A DNA stretch of 64,000 nucleotides, from positions 13,268,001 through 13,332,000 of the forward strand of contig CM069164.1 of assembly GCA_035221665.1 (NCBI GenBank), given 5' to 3'. Of the stretch, positions 57,501-64,000 are shown piece after piece. Under the pieces are notes generated by a model that worked only from the letters and a program-made list of their open reading frames with translations, was not told the DNA's origin and did not search any database. Origin of the DNA: Okamejei kenojei. Taxonomy: Eukaryota. Each line of letters opens with the position of its first letter. Within the stretch, counting starts at the first letter, position 1. Position numbers and translations under genes: made by a program.

Positions 57501-59374
57501 TTTGAACTGCTAGTGATGATTCATAATGGCAGTAATTTATTGAAGTAAAAAAAAAGGGGTCTCGACCTAGGTCGTTGCCTGTCTCCCTTTGTTTCTTTGG
57601 ATGCTGCTGCACCTACTGGGATCTCCAGGTTGAGAAACCCTGCAGTAATTTATTGTTGTACAAAAACCTTCATAAGTGAAAATATGAATTTGACTATCAA
57701 CAGGTTGACTATACCATCTCAACAGCTGATGGTCAAAGAAGTCTATGAATGTAAACCAATATTACGATATATCAATAAAATAATTATGTATAAAGAAGTG
57801 TTATACCTGCAATTTGCGGAAATAAGTATAAATAACTATATTTTGTTATAAGAAATTGGAGGTCTGTATATACAGTAAAGTTATTTTTTCATTTAGATAT
57901 ATGTGAATTCCTTGTGGATTGCATTTTCTAAGTATCTAATTGATAGAGCCAATTATAGGGCTCAGAGTGTTACCGTCTTATAAACGGATAATATATTAAC
58001 CAAGAAGTTATCAGATGCATTCATAATATCCCAATATGGAAAGGGATATATATGTAAAAGTTAATAAAATATATATGTGTGTGTGTGTGTGTATATATAT
58101 ATTATAGATATAGATATAGATATAGATATAGATATAGGGTATATGTATATATAATCTGTCCAAAATTGTAAAAAATATAAAGGCAGGAGATAAAAAATCT
58201 TGAAATGCCTTAAGAAATGGACTTTAACTCTATCTATGATTCAAAAAACTTAAACATTGAAAATAATAATTCTGATAACTTTAGTATCAATATAAGAGTG
58301 CAAACATTGCAAATGTTACGTTATAATGGCATGTGGATACAAATTGCATTATCATATATGTTTATGAATCTACCAAACAAAGCACGCCAAGAAGACCTGA
58401 AAACAAAACCAAGGTAAACCTATAAGCACATCCTGCTGGCTTTAAGTTGTGTGTGTGTGTGTGTGTGTGTGTGAACATTGATGAAAATGTTGCAGTAGGT
58501 AAGAGTCTGTGGCAATGAGACTGCTTATTACACACAAAAACCACATTGGGTTCAGTAAAACTGATGGTTATAGAGGAATGTATTTCTAGATGGTTAATAA
58601 TTGGATACATTCAGTAGGAACTAGACACTGAAAGGTGGAAAATCACTCTGTTAATGAGGAAAATACATTCACAGGAATGGCACAGGATGAGCCACTCGAG
58701 CAAAGATGCAAGGCCGCAGGAGGCTGTAGATTACTGTTAAAATAAAAGGAACCAGTCATGGTGTCAGATTTAGACACGCAATGTTCGGTTCGCTATAATT
58801 GTTGCTTTGTCATGCCATAAAAAATATATATCAATTGGTATTTGTGATAAATTTGCTTTTCAATAGAAAGGGCATTATTTTCATTTTTTATAATGTGAAA
58901 ATTATTTATCACATAACTTGAGGCAATGTTTGGGGAAAATGTGTTATTCGCTCGTTATTGTGTTAATGAGCCTGTACTGTCGTATGGAATAAATTCTACG
59001 ACACGAAAAACACAGAAAGCTTTAAACTCTTCACGTAGTCACTCACGTGACTCCGAAGTAAAATAGTAAGATTAAACGAGAACTTACCAGTTCGAAGTTT
59101 GATCGTTATTTTATGAGGAGTTACGATGAGGGATTACGTGCCCTCCACTCCCCACCCTCATAAAATAAATGATCATCTTGTAGTTCTAAGTCTATTATGA
59201 GCCTTACTATGTTACTTCGGCTATTTTTGTGTTCTGTGTTTTTCATGCCGCTGCTTTGAAGTATGCCGTTTGCCAGCGCCAGGCGGGTTCTTCACGTAAT
59301 CCCTCATCGTAACTCCTCATAAAATAACGATCAAACTTCGAACTGGTAAGTTCTCGTTTAATCTTACTATTTTA
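54503..59374 (+). mobile_element. DIRS1-type tyrosine-recombinase retrotransposon, non-coding (decayed or non-autonomous) copy with intact termini
   Basis: Left ITR 54530-54565 is the reverse complement of 59263-59298. ICR 59028-59064 is the reverse complement of the left end 54503-54539. ICR 59059-59140 is the reverse complement of the right end 59293-59374. Relic motifs: RT GYLDYI about 56357-56374, RNase H RIKMNNTTAVAYVN 56964-57005, methyltransferase-like VDAF at 57345, YR TLKIIILITLVSI/RVQTL 58254-58309 and ISRWL at 58582. Confidence 0.9.
59028..59140. repeat. DIRS internal complementary region (ICR) with circle-junction core TAAAAT
   Basis: Perfect 37-nt complement to the left terminus and perfect 82-nt complement to the right terminus, overlapping at 59059-59064. 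Confidence 0.92.
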
Positions 59375-60515
59375 TTTACAATAAGGGAAAGAGAATTGGG
59401 CAGTCATCTCTGGAGCTGCAGGAGATGGGCAAGATTCTGTTTTTACCGTGGATAAAGACATGAGGACTGGGGAAGTTTGCACAGTTAATGCAAATGTCTT
59501 GAGAACCTTGAGTAATAGCCAACGGGATAAATAATTGGTGTCATGGAAGGAAACGGATGGTGATGATGGAAGGTTGTTTTTCCAGACTGGAGGTTTGTGA
59601 TAATGGAGATGAGAAAGTAGAGGGCTTGATTAGTAAGTTTGCAGATTACATTAAATTAGGCAGTACAGAGAGCAAAAATTGATATCAAAAATTGCAGCAG
59701 GATGTTGATCAAGTGAGCTGAAGAATGATTGAAAGGATTTAATGCAGATATATGCACGGCTTTGCAATTTGGGAAGTCAAATGAGGGCAGGAACTACACA
59801 GTGAATGGCAGAGCCCCAGGGAGTGTTCTAGAGCAGAGATCTAGGATTGCAGGTAAATAGATGTTTGAAAGAGACACCACGGGTAGATCGGGTGATCAAG
59901 AAGGTTTTCAACGCTGGTCATCAGCCAGGGTATTGAATGAATTAATAAGTTTATTGGCTAAGTAAGGAATTTGCCTTGGAGCTATGTCCACAAGTGACAA
60001 CAAGACATAGTGACAGTTACGAATGATACATAAAACATTATACATTAATAATAAAACATTGATTAAACATGTGAATTAAATAAAATACCAGAGCAAAAGG
60101 GGGCTGCAGATTTTTGGTTATTGAGTAGAGCTACTACTTGTGGAAAAAAGCTTGAGTAAAATTGAGTAAAGAATTTGGAATGTTATATTAGTTGTACAAG
60201 ATGTGGTTGAGCGCTTCACATTTGGGGTACTGTGTTTAGTTTTGGTCACCCTGCTATAGGAAGGATGTTGTCAAGGTGGTAAGAATGGAGAGAAGATTTA
60301 CAAGGTTGTTCCAAGGACTTGAGGGCCTGAGCAACAGGGAGAGGTTGGACAGGTGAGGGCTATATTCCATAAAGTGCATGAGGATGAGGGGTGTCCTTGG
60401 AGGTAGGTAAGATCATGTAGAGAATAGATAGGACAAATGCAGAGTATTTTATCCAGGGTAGGGGAATCAAGAACAACCGGTTTGCAGTGAGAGTGGAAAC
60501 ATGTAATAGGAACTG
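59375..60515 (+). mobile_element. CR1-clade LINE continuation (RT and C-terminal relics), with a further small insertion about 59936-60150
   Basis: Resumes with AAGGGAAAGAGA after the DIRS; ISKFADY at about 59630; FWSPCYRKDVVK at about 60240. Confidence 0.8.
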
Positions 60516-60675
60516 TTCTGGGATGCCTGTCTAAATGTGCATGGACCAGGTCAAGACAAGAGAAAACAGGGTGATGAATGACTAATCAGCACCTTTTGAA
60601 GCAGGTTCAAAAGACAAAACCAGTAATGCACAACTCGGGTGAAGAGAGCATGCCCTGAACTCTGGTCATCACGTC

Positions 60676-60942
60676 TCCGGTAGGGAAGCTCCGATTCGGG
60701 GCTTACCTTGCCTGTACATCTGGCCGCCCGCAGCGGCAACTGCGGAGGTTTATGTCCCGACCATGGGGAAAAATGGAGGAGGACTGACTGAATTTGTGCC
60801 TTCCACCACAGTGGTGGATGTTTTGTGTTCAATTTTACTTAATTGTGTATTGTGTGTTCTTTTTTTTTAATTGTACTGCTGCTGGCAAGTTCATTTCACT
60901 GCACTTCATTGTGTATGCGACGAATAAATCTGACTATTGATT
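60676..60942 (+). repeat. Second, 5'-truncated copy of the 21184-21632 repeat
   Basis: CCGATTCGGG.CTTACCTTG.CTGTACATCTGG...CATGGGGAAAAATGGAGGAGGACTG...GACGAATAAA. Confidence 0.72.
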
Positions 60943-63461
60943 ATAATGGGATGACTCATCTGTAAATGAGTGTAAAATGTACTTGGAAACGGCAGAGAAT
61001 AGCCATTCTTAGGAAACAGACAGGATGTGGTTGGATTGGACATTAGGGCTACTTTATGTTTGGGTTATGTATCTGGAGCCATTGAAGCACCATCTGGCTG
61101 AAAATGTTATACACTGAACCATATGAGGCTACTTGGGCACTTGGCCTTGCCAAATGAGGTCATTGCCATATCAATGCCAGTTATCCTATTGAGTATTTCA
61201 GAAGTTTACACTTTTATTAGGTTGGAATATATTTTGATTTTTGGGCGGGTTGTTTCCACCTGGTGAGCCGATTAGATGCTTATATTGTGATTGGTTAAAG
61301 GCTTGTTGCACCTCCAGCTCTGATCTCAGCCTTTCTCCGGCCCCAAATTGTTGGACTGAGATTTGAAGTTGATATTGGAATCGTCTTTCTTGATCAGCAG
61401 AAATAAACCAACTTGTGTGCAGTGGTACTGTGCTCCTTGTGGTGAGGGGCTGGGATTATATTCATTGTCACACCCAAGGAAGGAATTGTTGAAGTAGCTC
61501 CTGCAAATATAATATAGGAATCACTACTGAACGTGCATTTCCGTGGCACCTTTCATGACTTGCCAAAATGTAGCTAAAGCAAAATTCTTTAATCTTGAAA
61601 CTGGGAATGTGCAACAAATGATCTGTGATTGGCAAGCTCCTGTTAACGGCAAAGAAGTAATGACCTGCTTATCTGTTCTGGTGATTGGGGGATAAATATT
61701 GATGAGCCGGCACTAGCAGGCCTTCGTTTTGACTCTCCCGAAGATCTGGGCCACGCTCGCCAAGACCTGCAATGGACCCCAACTTTACTTAATTCTATAT
61801 CATCAACAAACGGCCCCTCGCCTACCTGGACTCTGCTAAGGATCACAAGCTTGCCCGCCTCCAGACCGGTCCTTCCACCGACACCCCTCGACTCGACTGC
61901 CCACTGTCCACCGCTGGGCCACGCCGCCTGCCCGACCACCATGGGGCCGAGACCCAGGAGGCCATCATCGCCATGAAGACTAGCACAATCATCCACCGTT
62001 TCTCCGACACTCGTCGCCGATCCCAGACCTGGACCACCGAATCTGCAGCCGCTGCCCTTCACCACCTCCCCGGGGCCACCAAAGCCGTCTCCGGCTGACC
62101 ACTGACGCTTTGTTCGCTAACCCGTTTTTAAAAATTTAAGCAGTCTGAAGAAGGATCTCGACCCGAAGCATCACCCATTCCTTCTATCCAGAGATGCTGC
62201 CTGTCCCGCTGAGTTGCTCAAGCATTTTGTGTCTGTTTTCAGTGACAACCAGCATCTGCAGTTCCTTCCTGGGCCTTTCATTGATATCCTCCTGAGAATA
62301 TGAACCTCTCTTTAGCATCCCAGCTGAAAGACACCACATCCAATGCAGCAGCCTTACTGCTACAACAGGCGCAGCAGCCTCGCCTTTTGTACTCGAGTGG
62401 GACTTGAACTCATCTGACTCAAGCTTGCGTGCTATCAGTTTACCAGTGTCAATGGTGCAGACATACTGCATGCTTCTCAGCAGCAGCTTGCCTTTACCCA
62501 AAGCCAATTAGATGTGAGGAGCAAATGCTGGCTGTGTCAGTGACAGATTCTTTGAGTTTTATCTTCCCAGAACAAAGACTCAACTGGCCCCCAAACAGGT
62601 TGCAACAGTGAATTGTGATGACTGCTGTTAGTGAATCATGTTATTAAAATAAAAATTGCGTGTCCCCCAGCATTGAATGATCTGTTTTGAAGATCAAAAA
62701 GACAGCAGGTATTTTTCCATATTTTTCGCACTTGCATGTGGGAGTCTGTCTGTAGTAGCAGGCAAGAATTTCTGCTTATCTTCCTGTTCTCCGGATTGGA
62801 GTGATTCATGAATGGTTTCGGTCAGCTGCCAGAGTTAAAGAAGTTTATTTTCCTCTTGCTTTGCCTCGCTTGCCAGTAAGGCGAGTTAAATTTTCTATTT
62901 TTGGGCACTTTAACCTTGCCGCTGTCAATTCCTGCACTATACCTTCTGTTTATTTTACCACACTGTATCATTGCTGCTTGCACAGAATGGATCATTTTAA
63001 GACTTGAGTACACAGTTTGTTCAGCCAATATATCTCGACACTTGCAGCTAGAATTGCCTATTATTCTTCCTGAATTAATAGTGTTTTTTTCCAGTTGACA
63101 GGGAATACTGATATTGGTGGTTATCATAGTAGACATTCACAGATACTTTCTATCCACACTCCTATATGCCAAGCATCAAACTTTGTGGATTGGATTTTAT
63201 GGGTTTACAAAGCTGCTTACAAATGTTCTGGACTGTCAGAAGGTAAGTGTGAATTGATGCTTATGTCCAATTCAGCAAAGAGGCATTCATTGATAAAGGA
63301 AAAAAATGAGGCTAATTTGCAATTGATTTCGCTTGAAATAACTTTGTTCGAGAGACCGGGACTTTAGTGGTCCAAGGACACAAAACCCTTATTTAGTGCA
63401 GTCGAGTTTCCTCCGGAGTCAGAAATTTATGGGTTTCATCCCTACTGCTAGAGTTGACAAT

Positions 63462-63730
63462 TTGTTTAGTTTAGAGACACAGCGCGGAAACAGGCCCTTC
63501 GGCCCACCGTGTCCGCGCCGACCAGCGATCCCCGCACTAGGGACACTTTACGCATTTACCAAGCCAATTAACCTACAAATCTGTACGCCTTTGGAGTGTG
63601 GGAGGAAACCGAAGATCTCGGAGAAAACTCACGGGGAGAACGTGCAGACACCATCCGTGGTCAGGATCGAATCCGGGTCTCCAGCGCTGCATTAGCTGTA
63701 AGGCAGCAACTCTACCGCTGTGCCACCGTG
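63462..63730 (-). mobile_element. HE1-like V-SINE, full length
   Basis: Minus strand has A-box TGGCACAGCGG, B-box GGATTCGATCC, V-domain, GGGCCGAAGGGCCTGTTTCC and a (TAAAC)n tail. Confidence 0.87.
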
Positions 63731-63789
63731 ATGCAAGTCCAGGGTGATGCATCCATTGCAATACTGAGGGAGTGCTGCATTGTTCACGC

Positions 63790-64000
63790 GGACTTGAAGA
63801 CAATGCTCCCCAAATTCTACCAGCATGTTAAATGTGCTACAAGAGGAGCTAACACACTGGACAAGGTCCACTCCAACATCAAGCTGGGCTACAGGGCTGG
63901 ACCATTACCTCACCTGGATCAGTCGGACCATGTGTCCCTGCTTTTAATTCCTGCATATGCCCCCCTTCCGGAAAACCGCTCCTCCCATCACAAAGACCAT
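63790..64000 (+). mobile_element. Rex1/Babar-type LINE, APE endonuclease C-terminal part (continues beyond the window)
   Basis: LPKFYQHVKCATRGANTLDKVHSNIKLGYRAGPLPHLDQSDHVSLLLIPAY. Confidence 0.8.

Noticed and set aside
54503-59374. Interpretation as a DNA transposon, LTR element or organellar/microbial AT-rich insert
   Set aside because: The inverted repeats are offset and paired with an ICR, there is no true TSD, and RT, RNase H and recombinase relics occur in DIRS order.
63680-63730. tRNA gene (A and B boxes)
   Set aside because: It is the tRNA-derived head of a V-SINE, followed by the V-domain and LINE tail; no intact cloverleaf.
53116-64000. RPLP1, the downstream neighbour in mammals
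   Set aside because: No MASVSELACIY-like exon seen; the region is largely accounted for by repeats.

Overview
Vertebrate genomic DNA, very probably a cartilaginous fish (skate/ray-like), inferred from HE1-type V-SINEs, HER1/CR1 LINE tails and Penelope elements. The only host gene I can support is KIF23 (MKLP1/CHO1, kinesin-6) on the + strand. It has 24 coding exons from ATG 18293 to TAA 52357, all GT-AG and in phase, totalling 2943 nt (980 aa). These include a 42-nt motor-loop cassette and the 294-nt CHO1 exon. Its promoter carries four CCAAT boxes and a CDE/CHR element. The rest is mostly repeats: CR1, L1/Tx1, RTE, Rex1/Babar, Penelope, V-SINEs and a Harbinger-like MITE, plus two assembly gaps. 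The most unusual object is a 4.87-kb DIRS1-type tyrosine-recombinase retroelement at 54503-59374, nested in a CR1 LINE. Its ITRs, ICR and circle junction are perfectly complementary, while its coding interior is ruined and A/T-drifted. It also has an extra degenerate 'anti-ICR' fold-back next to the ICR. All family assignments come from recalled motifs, not database searches, and repeat boundaries are approximate.
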